A stretch of DNA of 64,000 nucleotides, from assembly GCA_001600815.1 (NCBI GenBank), contig BCKZ01000005.1, positions 743,727-807,726 on the forward strand. Direction: 5' to 3'. The stretch is from Alloascoidea hylecoeti. Its lineage: Eukaryota. The position numbers and the translations under genes are program-made. Below the pieces are notes generated by a model, which was not told where the DNA came from, made no database searches, and saw only the letters and a list, made by a program, of their open reading frames with translations. Of this stretch, positions 1-11,282 are shown one piece after another. The number at the start of each line of letters is the position of its first letter. Positions within the stretch are counted from its first letter, which is position 1.

Positions 1-1
1 A

Positions 2-1183
2 TATATAGATTCAAATACCAATAATATATTAATGGAATATTCACATAATAATTTAATCAATTTAATTAATTTTAAAATTAAAAATGATTCATTTATAAAA
101 GAAGATGATATTTTAACAATTTCATTAAATATTTCAATAGCATTATCACAATTACATTATTTAAAACCACCATTAATTCATCGAGATTTAAAAATTGAAA
201 ATGTATTAATTCATCATCATAATAATGAAGATAAAAATCATGAATATAAATTATGTGATTTTGGATCAACTTCAACAATAATCAAATCTCCAAGAAATTC
301 TCAAGATTATAAAATTTTACAAGATAATATTTTAAAAACAACAACAAAAGAATATAGAAGTCCAGAAATGATTGATTTATTTAAAGGTTTTGAAATTAAT
401 GAAAAATGTGATATTTGGGCATTAGGTTGTTTTATTTATAAATTATGTTATTTTAAAACTCCTTTTGAAAATTTAGGTGAATATGGGATATTAAATTCAA
501 TATTTCAATTTCCAAATTTTGACAAAAGTAAAGGAAATGGTAGAAATTATTCAAATAAATTAAAAAATTTAATAGTTAATTTATTAAATAGAAATCCAGA
601 TGAGAGACCTAATATTTATCAAGTTATTAAAGAGATTTGTTCAATGAAAAATATACCTGTTCCAATAAAGAATATTTATTCATCTCAGTTATCAACACAA
701 ATAGAAACAGAAACAGAAATACCAAAACAAACACAAACACAAACACAAACACAAATTACAATTAAAATTCAAGATAATTCTAAATCTTTAACAAATATCT
801 ATAATTATAATAATCAAAATAAACGAACATTTAAAATGAATCATAAAAATCAAAGTACAACAACTTTAACCAATATTGATGATGATTCATCAATATCATA
901 TATGAAAATGAGTTCATATAAATTAAAAAGAATTCAAAATAATATTCAAACTCGTATTGATAAATTAAACATAATTAATAATAATAATAATAATAATCAT
1001 AATAATAATAATAATAATAATCTTACTAATATTAAAGGTTATAAAACATTTAATAAAAATCAATCAGAACCAATTTTATCACTAAATTTAAAAAATGATA
1101 TTGATCATGGCTTGAAAAATAGAGAACCACCACCAAGACCTAAAAAACCAATTCGTTTAAAAACATTTCCAATTATTAGGTAA
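2..1183 (+). CDS. Ark1/Prk1-family (NAK) Ser/Thr kinase, 5' end outside the window
   Basis: The frame is open from position 2 (YIDSNTNNILMEY). Kinase motifs are PPLIHRDLKIENVL, KLCDFGS, TTKEYRSPEMIDL and DIWALGC. A C-terminal PPPRPKKP resembles the Ark1/Prk1 SH3-binding motif. Confidence 0.88.
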   Translation, partial: YIDSNTNNILMEYSHNNLINLINFKIKNDSFIKEDDILTISLNISIALSQLHYLKPPLIHRDLKIENVLIHHHNNEDKNHEYKLCDFGSTSTIIKSPRNSQDYKILQDNILKTTTKEYRSPEMIDLFKGFEINEKCDIWALGCFIYKLCYFKTPFENLGEYGILNSIFQFPNFDKSKGNGRNYSNKLKNLIVNLLNRNPDERPNIYQVIKEICSMKNIPVPIKNIYSSQLSTQIETETEIPKQTQTQTQTQITIKIQDNSKSLTNIYNYNNQNKRTFKMNHKNQSTTTLTNIDDDSSISYMKMSSYKLKRIQNNIQTRIDKLNIINNNNNNNHNNNNNNNLTNIKGYKTFNKNQSEPILSLNLKNDIDHGLKNREPPPRPKKPIRLKTFPIIR

Positions 1184-1302
1184 GAATCACAAAAAGTTTA
1201 ACAATTAAAAATATATAAGGACAATATAATGAGTTTGATATAAAAATGTATATGAGAATAAAAATGTATATATACGAAAAAAAAAAATTAAAAGTATATC
1301 AT

Positions 1303-2001
1303 CTAATGACCACCAAGAGTAACACCATCATGTTCAGTTATATAATCTTCATGATTTTCATCTTCAGGAACATCAACCAAAGTGATTTGCCCATCAGCAA
1401 CGTTATAAACAGCACCATAAACTTTCAAATCACCTCTTCTAATTGCTTCGAGAACAGATTCATGTCTCAGTACATTATGAACTTGACTAACGACATTTAA
1501 TTCAACCAATTTTTTACATTTTAAAGCAGGATCTTCAATTGCATCAATTATTGATTTATTTCGAGCTTTAACATCTTTGATGTTCCTTATCCAATGGTCC
1601 ATAACACCACCGATTCTTCTTGTTGCTAAAGCAGCCCAAACACCACCACAATCAGTGTGTCCACATATAACAATCTTACTAACTTTTAAAACATCAACAG
1701 CAAATTGAACAACAGATAAAGAAGATAAATCACCAAATGGAACTAAATTAGCAATGTTTCGATGAACAAAGACTTCACCAGGGTTTAAGTCTAAACATTG
1801 ATCACCAGCTCTTGAATCTGAACAACCAATCCATAAAGTATGTGGAGACTGACCATGAGAAATAGTTGGAAATAATTGTGGATATTTTTCATTTGTTGCA
1901 TCGGCCCATTCATGATTATGTTGAATTAAATCATTTATTGAACATTTATGATTTAATTTAAAAAGTTGTTTTGAACCAGCACTTTCATTTGTTGAGGACA
2001 T
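1303..2001 (-). CDS. NCE103: Beta-class carbonic anhydrase, 232 aa from the first ATG; frame open upstream to 2250
   Basis: Zinc-ligand motifs LWIGCSDSR and ICGHTDCGG, plus PGEVFVHRNIAN. The first in-frame ATG is at 2001. The ORF-track start at 2229 is a TTG. Confidence 0.95.
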   Translation of the reverse strand: MSSTNESAGSKQLFKLNHKCSINDLIQHNHEWADATNEKYPQLFPTISHGQSPHTLWIGCSDSRAGDQCLDLNPGEVFVHRNIANLVPFGDLSSLSVVQFAVDVLKVSKIVICGHTDCGGVWAALATRRIGGVMDHWIRNIKDVKARNKSIIDAIEDPALKCKKLVELNVVSQVHNVLRHESVLEAIRRGDLKVYGAVYNVADGQITLVDVPEDENHEDYITEHDGVTLGGH

Positions 2002-2319
2002 TTCTATAACTTTTTTTTTTTCTTTGTTTAAGGGTGGAAAAGTTGAGAATTTATAAGTTTGAAATATTTGACTTTGAGAAAAAGATTTTCCTTTTTTATC
2101 ACTTTTTAAATAGTTATTTAAATATAAATAGTTAATTAAATAATGATGATATCTAATAGATTGTTGTAATTGTAAATTAAGATGATTGTGGGGTTTAAAT
2201 AGTAAACCAGATCCAAATTGAAACCTCAACTTGAAGGTAAAATACTCAAATCAATAAATATCCGCGTTATATAAATATTATTGGGAGATAATAAAAAATC
2301 AGGCTGATAACAAAAATGC

Positions 2320-2373
2320 AAATATAAATAGAAATATAAATAGAAATATAAATAGAAATATAAATAGAAATAT
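2320..2373. repeat. 12-bp tandem repeat (AAATATAAATAG) x4.5 upstream of NCE103
   Basis: Read directly from the sequence. Confidence 0.9.
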
Positions 2374-2999
2374 TTAAATAAATAAAATGGTATCAAAAAT
2401 ATCAAAATATTTAAAAGAATATTATTTCAAAAAAGAAATGTATAAAAAGTGATCGATGCTTTATAACGTATACTTTTTGAAGGTAATACGTATAATTTGT
2501 TTTAATTATAATTTAGTGACTATTTGATAGACAAATAAGAATAAATATAATTAATTTAAGAATGATGCTTGTGAGAATTATCAACTATTTGATAAGTAAT
2601 GATAATAGAAAAAATAAGAAAAAGAACACAAAATGGAAGAAGTAAAAAATTGGGTTTTTATACTTATTTTTTTATGTCTGTTTTGTTGGGATAAAAATTA
2701 TTTTTGCTTTGCCTCAAATTTTATTACTCACTTTATTGGAGCGTCTGATTGGCCATCTTTGGCATTGTCAAATGTTTTATTTATTCATCTATTTATTCAT
2801 TTATTCATGTTTATTTATTCATATTTATTTCCATCATTCGCTTCATGATCAATTAAAGCGGCAGTGGATTCCAGCCGAGTAATTTTACTTGTTTTACTTG
2901 TTTGCTGGAAAGTCTTATCCGAGGCTCTTTTTTTATATTTTTTCGTTGATTTTAAGGCTTTCAGAGACAAAAATATTTATAATTAATAATTTTTGGCCG

Positions 3000-3007
3000 G
3001 TCACGTG
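3000..3007 (+). promoter_or_regulatory. Cbf1-type E-box GTCACGTG in the NCE103/COG6 divergent promoter
   Basis: Exact RTCACGTG about 140 bp upstream of the COG6 ATG. A second CACGTG lies about 25 bp downstream. Confidence 0.55.
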
Positions 3008-3146
3008 CCTGTGGTATTTGGCACTGCACGTGGACTCTATTCGCGGAAACGGTGATAAATATTCGTAGGGTCCAGTGGGCGTATGGGTGCACCTTCGTTT
3101 TATTTGAAATGTGTACTTCACGACTTTTATCTCCAATGATGATATA

Positions 3147-6100
3147 ATGGCATCAACGAAAAGTATTCAAACTTTGCCTCCACGTAGTATCAATGATTCT
3201 CCATCAAATCGGACAAACTCAACTCTTCAGTCCTTAATATCTAATAAATTATCAGAGATTTTTATAAATTCTTATTCTGATAAAGATAATAGAATTAAGA
3301 ATTCTTTAGAAGCACTAGATCACAAATTAAATCAATTAAGACAACAAAAATACGAAAAAGATCATCAATATAATCATGATAGAAAACAAAGTGTCGCCGA
3401 TATAAATATAATTTTATCAAATAATTCATCATCATTAGTTGATAATCTTGAAGATTTTAAAATTGATAATAATACTAATAATAACAATGATTATTTAAAA
3501 CAAAACAAAGAAGAAGATTTTGAATTATTAATAAATCCAAGAAAATTAAAATCGGATATTGAATATGATTTAATTAAACAAAATGGTAAAATTTTAAAAA
3601 AATATTCAACAATTATTGAAAAATTAGAACTTGTTGGTATACATGTTAATGAATTAAATTCAAATTATGATTCTTTAAATCAATTTACTTCTTCTTCTAC
3701 AGCTTTAATTAATAATAATAACAGTCAAAATGATTCAATTGATTTTTTAAATGATACTCAAATTATTAAAAAACAATTACAAAGAATTGAATTAGAACAA
3801 GCTTGTTGGAATGCATTTCAACAAAAATTCTTAATACCAGTTGATGAAATTAATATATTATGTGAAACTGATTTAACTCTTGGTATTAAAAATTTAAATA
3901 TTAACAATAATGAAGAAAGTGGAAATGATAATATAAATGAAATTAAAAATGATGATCAATTTTTTAAAACTTTTGAACATGTTAAAAAAATTTATAAAGA
4001 TTCTCAAATTTTATTAAGTTTTGAAAATCAAATTATTGGAATTGAAATAATGAATAATTTAAATTCTTATATTAATATTGGTTATAATAAATTAGTGAAA
4101 TATTTACAATATTTTTTATCAATTCATACAATTCATACAATTCAAACATCAAATCATTCAGGAATTATTGAAAATAATAATGAAATTAAAAATCAAAATG
4201 AAATTGAAATTAACAATGGAAAATTTATATTTATAACTTCATCAATTAAAACAAATAAACAAATTCGAAAATGTTTAATTTATTTATCTGAAAAACCTTC
4301 ATTATTTAATCAAATAATTGATGAATTAGCTGAAAAGAGACAACAATATTTATATAATTCTTATTTAAATGCATTAACAAATGAAATTTATCATATGCCA
4401 ATTTTACCTCCTTCAACTCCTAAAAATAATGAGACTTCTTCATTATTTTCAAATTGGTCTGGATCAAATAAACATCGGAAGAATGTTAGAAATAAATCTG
4501 GTTTTTTAAATACTTCAAATACAACACAAATTGATTTACATTCTTATGATCCTTTAAGATTTATTGGGGATTTATTAGCATGGGTTCATACAACTATTTT
4601 AAATGAAAAGGAAAATTTAACAACTTTATTAGATACTGAGGATCTTTCATTAGGATTTGAAATTGGTTTAAATAATGAACCATGGTTTAAAAATGAGCTT
4701 TCAAATGAATCACAAATAGATAACAATGAAATTAAATCACAATTAGAAGAAAATGAAAATGAAAATGAAAATGAAAATGAAAATGAAAATGAAAATGAAG
4801 AAAAATTAAATCTTGATAAAACAATTGAATCATTAATTAATAAATGTATAAAATCATTTATTAAACCATTACATAATAAAATTGAACAAATTATTTATGC
4901 AATTAATGATTTACCAATGTTATTTAAAATTTACAATTTAATTAATTTTTATAATAATTTTATGATTAATGATAAAAAAAAACAACAAAAACAAAAAAGA
5001 GATGGTTTAAAATTATCAAATAATTCAAATTTAGCATTAAATTTATCATCATTATCATTAATTACTTTAAATCATTTTAATAAGTGTAAAAAAATGAAAT
5101 TTAAATTATTAAATGATGAAGAAAATTATAAATCTATTTTAGATGATTTAATTAATCAATTAAAGTCATCAACAACAACAACAAATTCAAATGTAAATGC
5201 AAGTGCAACCACAAATTCAAATACAACTTACGATATAATTATTCCAGATTTTATAAATGATTATTTAAACATTACAAAACAAATATTATACTCTTATGAA
5301 TCAGAAGTTGAGTTTCCATCATTAACAAATAAACAACATGATGAATTTATTTCAAATTTAATTGATGATTTAATTTTATTAATTAATAAATTATCAACTG
5401 ATATAACAAAAATAAATGATAATAATTTATCAAATAAATTAAAAGAACTTGAAAATCCATCATCATCATCTCGTTTCAATGTTTTTTCATCTTCATCATC
5501 AACAAAAGAAGAATTATTAAATTTAAAGAAAAATTTAAATTCATTACAATATAATTGTGATGGTATAATTTTAAAATTAAATTGTTTTGATTCAATTAAA
5601 TTAAAATTATTAAATTTTTCATTTACAAAAAATAAAATTGATGAATTTGATAATTTAATTAATAATTCATTAAAATTTCAAATAATTAATAAATTAAATG
5701 ATTGGATTTTAAATAATACAAATTTATTATTATATTTGAAAATAATTAATAATTTTAAAAATGAAGATTCAAATTTAAATTTAAATTTAAATTTATTATT
5801 ATTAAAATCAATTGATTTTACTCCCGAAAAATTATCAATATTTTCAGATAATTTAATGCTTACAATTCCAAATATTAGTATTGAATTAACTAATTTTTTA
5901 TATAAATTATCATCACCAAAATTATCAAATCAAATAATTGATCAATGTATTTTAAAATTTATTAATAATTTTAAAATTTTTGAAGATATAATTATTAATT
6001 TTGGTCAATTTTTATATGATCATCAAAATGATAATGATGAAGAATTGAAAAAATGGAAAGATATAAATTATGATATTAGATCAGTATTTCCAAGAACAAC

Positions 6101-6155
6101 TGATGATATAAATTTATTACTTGGTGTTGACCATGATATAGAACCAGAATATTAG
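3147..6155 (+). CDS. COG6: Conserved oligomeric Golgi complex subunit 6
   Basis: Cog6 signature HSYDPLRFIGDLLAWVHTTILNEKE. The first ATG is at 3147 (3111 is GTG). The protein is expanded by Asn-rich and (EN)n inserts. Confidence 0.88.
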   Translation: MASTKSIQTLPPRSINDSPSNRTNSTLQSLISNKLSEIFINSYSDKDNRIKNSLEALDHKLNQLRQQKYEKDHQYNHDRKQSVADINIILSNNSSSLVDNLEDFKIDNNTNNNNDYLKQNKEEDFELLINPRKLKSDIEYDLIKQNGKILKKYSTIIEKLELVGIHVNELNSNYDSLNQFTSSSTALINNNNSQNDSIDFLNDTQIIKKQLQRIELEQACWNAFQQKFLIPVDEINILCETDLTLGIKNLNINNNEESGNDNINEIKNDDQFFKTFEHVKKIYKDSQILLSFENQIIGIEIMNNLNSYINIGYNKLVKYLQYFLSIHTIHTIQTSNHSGIIENNNEIKNQNEIEINNGKFIFITSSIKTNKQIRKCLIYLSEKPSLFNQIIDELAEKRQQYLYNSYLNALTNEIYHMPILPPSTPKNNETSSLFSNWSGSNKHRKNVRNKSGFLNTSNTTQIDLHSYDPLRFIGDLLAWVHTTILNEKENLTTLLDTEDLSLGFEIGLNNEPWFKNELSNESQIDNNEIKSQLEENENENENENENENENEEKLNLDKTIESLINKCIKSFIKPLHNKIEQIIYAINDLPMLFKIYNLINFYNNFMINDKKKQQKQKRDGLKLSNNSNLALNLSSLSLITLNHFNKCKKMKFKLLNDEENYKSILDDLINQLKSSTTTTNSNVNASATTNSNTTYDIIIPDFINDYLNITKQILYSYESEVEFPSLTNKQHDEFISNLIDDLILLINKLSTDITKINDNNLSNKLKELENPSSSSRFNVFSSSSSTKEELLNLKKNLNSLQYNCDGIILKLNCFDSIKLKLLNFSFTKNKIDEFDNLINNSLKFQIINKLNDWILNNTNLLLYLKIINNFKNEDSNLNLNLNLLLLKSIDFTPEKLSIFSDNLMLTIPNISIELTNFLYKLSSPKLSNQIIDQCILKFINNFKIFEDIIINFGQFLYDHQNDNDEELKKWKDINYDIRSVFPRTTDDINLLLGVDHDIEPEY

Positions 6156-6181
6156 TTTTATTATATATCTAAATCTATAAT

Positions 6182-7552
6182 TTATTTAAGATTCTCATGA
6201 TCAGGTTTCTTACCACGACCATATCCATTAACAGCATAATAATCCATCGGATAACAATTCTTATTCCATTTTTCATCTTCTTCCATCATAACCATTGCTT
6301 CATATGGAGTCAATAATGGTTTATTAAATGCATAACCCCAATCAATTGAAAGTCTTGGACATGCAACTTGAACAAACGCATCAATATCATTAAATTGTGC
6401 TAATTTACCTGGGAAAATCTCAGATAGCAAAATCACACTTGTTTTATAATTATGAGCTTGTAAATTTGTTATCAAATTATCAACTGTTATTGTATTTCCT
6501 TGTCTTCCAAGAGTCCCTAATACTATTCCAAAATGTTTTTGCTTTTGATTGGATTTTGCTTCTTGTATTGCATCTCCTCTAACTTGTTCTAATTGATCAA
6601 TATCATATCCTTCAACAGTAAATTTTCGACTATATGGATCATATCTATACGCTGGTATATTAGGATTTTGTATCATTGCACTTTCTAAATGAAATCTACC
6701 ATCTCCCAAGAAAACCATCATATCATATTCGTTTTCATCTAATTTGGCTGAAGTACACCCTAATACTTCACCCTTTGATAATGGCATTGCCTGTGGAGCA
6801 ATTATTGTTAAACGTGATTCTTCCTGTTGTAATTTTAATTTGATATTATGAATACTTGGATTAAATTGAATAGTACTAAACATTGCAATCCTTATATCTT
6901 TCTTTATACTGCTGCTATTATCTTCAAAATTTCTCTTTAGTGTAGCAATAACATGTTCTTCATCAATCCCAATTGTAACAAAAACATATAACACCTTAAT
7001 CGTCGTAACATCAATGGGTACAAGACACGAATGTGCATAATGAATCAATATATCACAATCCAACGCCCTCGCTGTAAAATCATCAATACAACAAGCCCCA
7101 TAGGTAACATCACCCATAACAATCGTTTCAACGTTACAAAATTGTTCCAGTATATCCGATATAATTAAAGAATATATTAAAAGTCCTTCAGGAAATTGTA
7201 AAGCAACTCTTTTTGCATTTGGTAACTTTTTAATATTCCAAACAGTTTTATGAATTTCAAAACTATAGTTTGATGGAAGAAGTTTAATTGCTTCATTTAA
7301 TTCTTTATCATTTATTATTTCATCTGGAATTTGATTTAAAATCCTACTTTTTTTAACCCGTGTTGCTATCATCATAATATTAGTTTTTTGTTATCTATTG
7401 ATTTATTTTTAATTTATAATTTGTTACATACTCTTAACTAATGATTTCTTCGTTTCATCATCAATATTACTACCTTGAGCATCAGACTTTTTACCAACGA
7501 ACCTTCTTCTTGGTCTTGGTGCTTTCTTTTGTGGTTCTGAAATTGTAGGCAT
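6182..7552 (-). CDS. DPH1: Diphthamide biosynthesis protein 1; exons 7552-7432 and 7365-6182 (alternative in-frame ATG at 7573)
   Basis: Motifs LPSNYSFEIHKTV, GDVTYGACCIDD, HYAHSCL and ACPRLSIDWG. Intron 7366-7431 (GTATGT, AACTAAT, TAG) joins exon 1, which carries PRRRFVGKK, in frame. Confidence 0.95.
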
Positions 7553-7573
7553 AATTTTTGATGATCCTACCAT

Positions 7574-7712
7574 GAAAAAAGAGGTTGAAAAATGAAATCC
7601 AGGTCACGTGTGTCATCTTTGAAAAAAAAAAAAAAAAATCTTTTTGATGGAGACAAAAGCACAAACATACAATTGTAACAAATATATTAATAAAACATAA
7701 ATAATTACAAAT
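7574..7712. promoter_or_regulatory. Short bidirectional DPH1/SHQ1 promoter with a Cbf1-type GTCACGTG (7603-7610) and a poly(dA) tract
   Basis: Divergent ATGs are about 140-160 bp apart. The E-box and long A run are read directly. Confidence 0.65.
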
Positions 7713-9383
7713 ATGATAACACCTTTTTTCACATTACGGCAGGATGATATATTTCTATATATTGATATCAAAATTTCTCATATTCGTTTCCAATCAACTA
7801 AAATTGAATCAATAGTTGAAGAGGATGGACAATTATTTATATTTTCATTAGCACCATATTATTTACGATTAAGATTACCTGGTAAAATTGTATCAGATGA
7901 ATTAGATGAAATTAAAGAAGGTGAAGTTGATGAAGCTAGGAATGAAGTTAAATATGATTCTAGTAATGAATCTATTTCTTTTAAATATGTTAAGGTTAAT
8001 AAAGGTGAAGAGTTTAAAGATTTGGATCTTTCTTCGAAATTATTGGCACGACGTGGTGATGATGATTATATCAAAAGTAAAGAAAGGGAAAGTGGGTCGA
8101 ATGGAGCCTTAATTCAAGATTTAAGTGTTAAATCAAATATAATAAATGACAATGACAATGATCAAGCAATGATGGATATTGATGAAGCAGAAGATTTTGA
8201 TTGGGAAATTAAACAGTCAATACCTCAAAATACCGAATCTATTTCAATTGAAAACCCAATTAAAAAATATGGATTTAACAATACCTATTGTGATATAATT
8301 GGCGTATCAATTATAAATGGTAATGATATTAATGAAGTTTCAAAACCTGAAGAAATAAAATCATATGAAGAATTAACAGAAGATCGTTTAACTAATGAAA
8401 ATTTGAAATTTGATTCAGATCATTATATTAATGATTTTCTTGATATTTATCTTGATGGTGGGGAAGATTTTGAACATAGTCCAATTAAAGAAATTATTAA
8501 TTGGGAATCTAACCTAAAAAAACAATTTCATAAATGGCAAAAGCAAAAACTGAAACAAAATGAAACTGAAACTGAAAATAAAAATGAAAATGATAAACAC
8601 TCAAATATTTTCCCATTGGAATTCACGAAAGAAGAACAAACTCAATTACAAACCCTTCCATTAAAAAAATACTTCATATCAAATCCAAAATCAATTTATC
8701 TAAACCTTATATCGTTTATATTTAGTTTTTCTTATGATTATAGAACAACACAAGGTGATTCAACAATTGAATCATCATGGACTATTGGGAAATTATCACC
8801 ACAATTATCATCATTAGATTCTAATTTTTCGACATTAAAAGATGTTTTAATCACATCAACAAAAAGATCATTAATATATCCATTATATCGAAGTTGGGAA
8901 CTATCTTTAAAATGTTGGGAAGATACTTATTATATCATTAGAACTGGAAGACGTGGTATATTAAGATGTTTATTAAAAATTAGAGAATTGTTTCGTTTCC
9001 ATGATATTTATTATGTTTATAATAAAATTTGGATCGATGATTATTGTACTTGGTTACAAATTGATAGTGGAGCAAATGAAAATGTTATTCGTAGTTTAGC
9101 ACATGAATTAAGACAACAGTATACAAATTTAACAAAATCAGATGTTCCATTTGAAAAAACTGATATTCAAATGGATACTTCAGATGGAAATGATGATGTT
9201 CCTGGCTTTGATGTTTTAAGAATAGCTGAAAATAAAATCATGTTGGATGATTTGGAAAAAGCAGCTATTGATTTGGTATCTGGTAAAAATATAAATGATT
9301 CTGAAGAAAAAGTTGATAGTGATGATGAGTCTGATTCTGATTCTGAATCTGAATCTGACAGTGATGATGAAGATAGCGAATAA
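7713..9383 (+). CDS. SHQ1: H/ACA snoRNP assembly chaperone Shq1
   Basis: N-terminal CS domain (MITPFFTLRQDD...FSLAPYYLRLRLP). SHQ1-domain motifs KYGFNNTY, ESSWTIGKLSPQLS and RSLIYPLYRSWEL. Confidence 0.95.
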   Translation: MITPFFTLRQDDIFLYIDIKISHIRFQSTKIESIVEEDGQLFIFSLAPYYLRLRLPGKIVSDELDEIKEGEVDEARNEVKYDSSNESISFKYVKVNKGEEFKDLDLSSKLLARRGDDDYIKSKERESGSNGALIQDLSVKSNIINDNDNDQAMMDIDEAEDFDWEIKQSIPQNTESISIENPIKKYGFNNTYCDIIGVSIINGNDINEVSKPEEIKSYEELTEDRLTNENLKFDSDHYINDFLDIYLDGGEDFEHSPIKEIINWESNLKKQFHKWQKQKLKQNETETENKNENDKHSNIFPLEFTKEEQTQLQTLPLKKYFISNPKSIYLNLISFIFSFSYDYRTTQGDSTIESSWTIGKLSPQLSSLDSNFSTLKDVLITSTKRSLIYPLYRSWELSLKCWEDTYYIIRTGRRGILRCLLKIRELFRFHDIYYVYNKIWIDDYCTWLQIDSGANENVIRSLAHELRQQYTNLTKSDVPFEKTDIQMDTSDGNDDVPGFDVLRIAENKIMLDDLEKAAIDLVSGKNINDSEEKVDSDDESDSDSESESDSDDEDSE

Positions 9384-9668
9384 AAAAATTCTTAGAATTG
9401 AATATAGATATCAATCTATATTTAATATAATATTAATATATAATAACTTTGTTCTAATTTTCAAGCTTAGTGTCATTTTGCTACTACTCTCTACATTCAT
9501 TATAATAAAACTATGAAAGAGCTATCGATATCAGTTATGCGAGAAGGAACAAATCAGATGAATCATATTAGTATATCTTAATGGTTTACCCACGATATAA
9601 CATAACAACTCATAATTACGGATATGCTTATGCTAGCAGGAAAGAAAAAGAAAAAAAAGAAAAATGCA

Positions 9669-11282
9669 TTATATTGGTTTTGGTAATAAAGGAGGTAATT
9701 TTCGTATCATTGAAATGTTTGTGTCCAAGCCAAGGCCACTATACCCAGAAGTTTCATTATTTGAATGTTGATTAATATGGCAGTTAACAGTACTTGATAA
9801 TGGTTCATAATCATTTTGTGATCGGCTATGAAGTTGCAGAGAATTTGTCGATATTAGCGAAGTTGTTGTACTGCAGGTACTCGTATCACTATTAGATTCA
9901 GAAATTGTTACTGCTTTTGGGTCACAACTTTCAGTTTCTGGCTGAAATTGTCTATTTAGTGTTAAACTTGGTAAATTATTCGCATTCATAAATGATGGAT
10001 CTGGACAATTGTCTAATCTTGAACTTTGCTCAAATTTTAAATGACCTTGCATTTGGCGGAAAGGCGTTTCTGATTCTATACCGGTATTTAAATTGGGATC
10101 CGAATTGAAATTGGAATTTCCATTTCCCTTTTTGTTAAGAAAAGAAATAGAAGCTTCTGAACGATATCTTGAATGGCCTAATGGCCTTCTATTAACATTA
10201 CTAGTATTATCGCTTGAGTTTGATACAACCTTTGGAATGGTCCCTGCAGAATTTGAAATCCCTTCTCCATGGCCCGCCGAGGCTGCAAAGTCTGTGGAAT
10301 TGGTTCGTTGTCTCTTTGTTGTTGAAGATCTACGTGTACTAGAAGGCCTAGGCCGATCGGTATTAATATTATTTCCTCGATTCTGCTTTTGCTCGTTTGG
10401 CTTCCAATGGTGGAATTGTAATAATTGCATAGAACTTGACATTGAACTTGGAGAAGGAGGAGTTTTCATGCCTTGATTTAATTGAGTTTTAGGCAAAATT
10501 TGAACTTGCATAGAAAAGCTGCGAATGTGCTTTTTAGATCTTGATGGTGTCGAATTCGAAGATAATGATTTTTTATGAGTTCGAGCTGATGGTGATGGTT
10601 TTTCCTGTGATTCAAAAGTAATATTAGATGGAACATTTAGACTGGAGCTTATGTTATTATTACTGGGTTTCGAGTCAATACTAATTTCACCTAGGCTTGA
10701 ATTCGCAATTGTGTGTGTTTTTATGGGCTCAGATGTGGCGGTGCCCATCGACCGCGACATAATGGTAGATCCGCCTTCATATTTGGTTTCAAGTTCAGGA
10801 ATGTTGGGCTCCACAGCATCAATAGTTATTGTGGGTTTTGGCATTTGGTTATAAGTATAGTAATTTTGAAAGTTTGCAATTGGTGAAGCTCCCCTGAGTA
10901 CCTGCTGCTCTTCATGATCATAAGAACATGTCTCATGTAAATTCGTTACGCTTTTGCTATCCAAGACTTTTTCAGGATCACTAAGGGTACTAAATGAAGA
11001 AAACAATATTGGTATATTATGAGGAGGAATGTTTGAATCAATAGAAAGCTTTAAGATCTCCAGGCATTTTGATCTGTATTCTAATTTATAATACTCTTGC
11101 TTTGACTTTTCTTGTTCAATTCTTAGTCTTAATGTATCTCGTAAGGTTTCCTCAGAATAGGGCCATGTTGAAATGTTTATACCTAATGGACAATCAGTAT
11201 TATAACTTTCAAATTCTTTTTTTAAATTTTCTTTAAATTTGTAATTGGAATTTAAATCTCTGTTTTGATCTGCAGTTGACAT
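9669..11282 (-). CDS. BOP3: Bop3-like protein with a conserved N-terminal segment and a long Ser-rich disordered region
   Basis: GINISTWPYSEETL...RIEQEKSKQEYYKLE resembles the S. cerevisiae Bop3 N-terminus as I recall it. BOP3 is adjacent to COG6 in S. cerevisiae. Confidence 0.7.
   Translation of the reverse strand: MSTADQNRDLNSNYKFKENLKKEFESYNTDCPLGINISTWPYSEETLRDTLRLRIEQEKSKQEYYKLEYRSKCLEILKLSIDSNIPPHNIPILFSSFSTLSDPEKVLDSKSVTNLHETCSYDHEEQQVLRGASPIANFQNYYTYNQMPKPTITIDAVEPNIPELETKYEGGSTIMSRSMGTATSEPIKTHTIANSSLGEISIDSKPSNNNISSSLNVPSNITFESQEKPSPSARTHKKSLSSNSTPSRSKKHIRSFSMQVQILPKTQLNQGMKTPPSPSSMSSSMQLLQFHHWKPNEQKQNRGNNINTDRPRPSSTRRSSTTKRQRTNSTDFAASAGHGEGISNSAGTIPKVVSNSSDNTSNVNRRPLGHSRYRSEASISFLNKKGNGNSNFNSDPNLNTGIESETPFRQMQGHLKFEQSSRLDNCPDPSFMNANNLPSLTLNRQFQPETESCDPKAVTISESNSDTSTCSTTTSLISTNSLQLHSRSQNDYEPLSSTVNCHINQHSNNETSGYSGLGLDTNISMIRKLPPLLPKPI

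Noticed and set aside
7603..7712. CDEI-like GTCACGTG followed by AT-rich DNA as a point centromere (also at 3000 and 22910)
   Set aside because: There is no CDEIII-like CCGAA element at the right distance, and all three sites lie in promoters.
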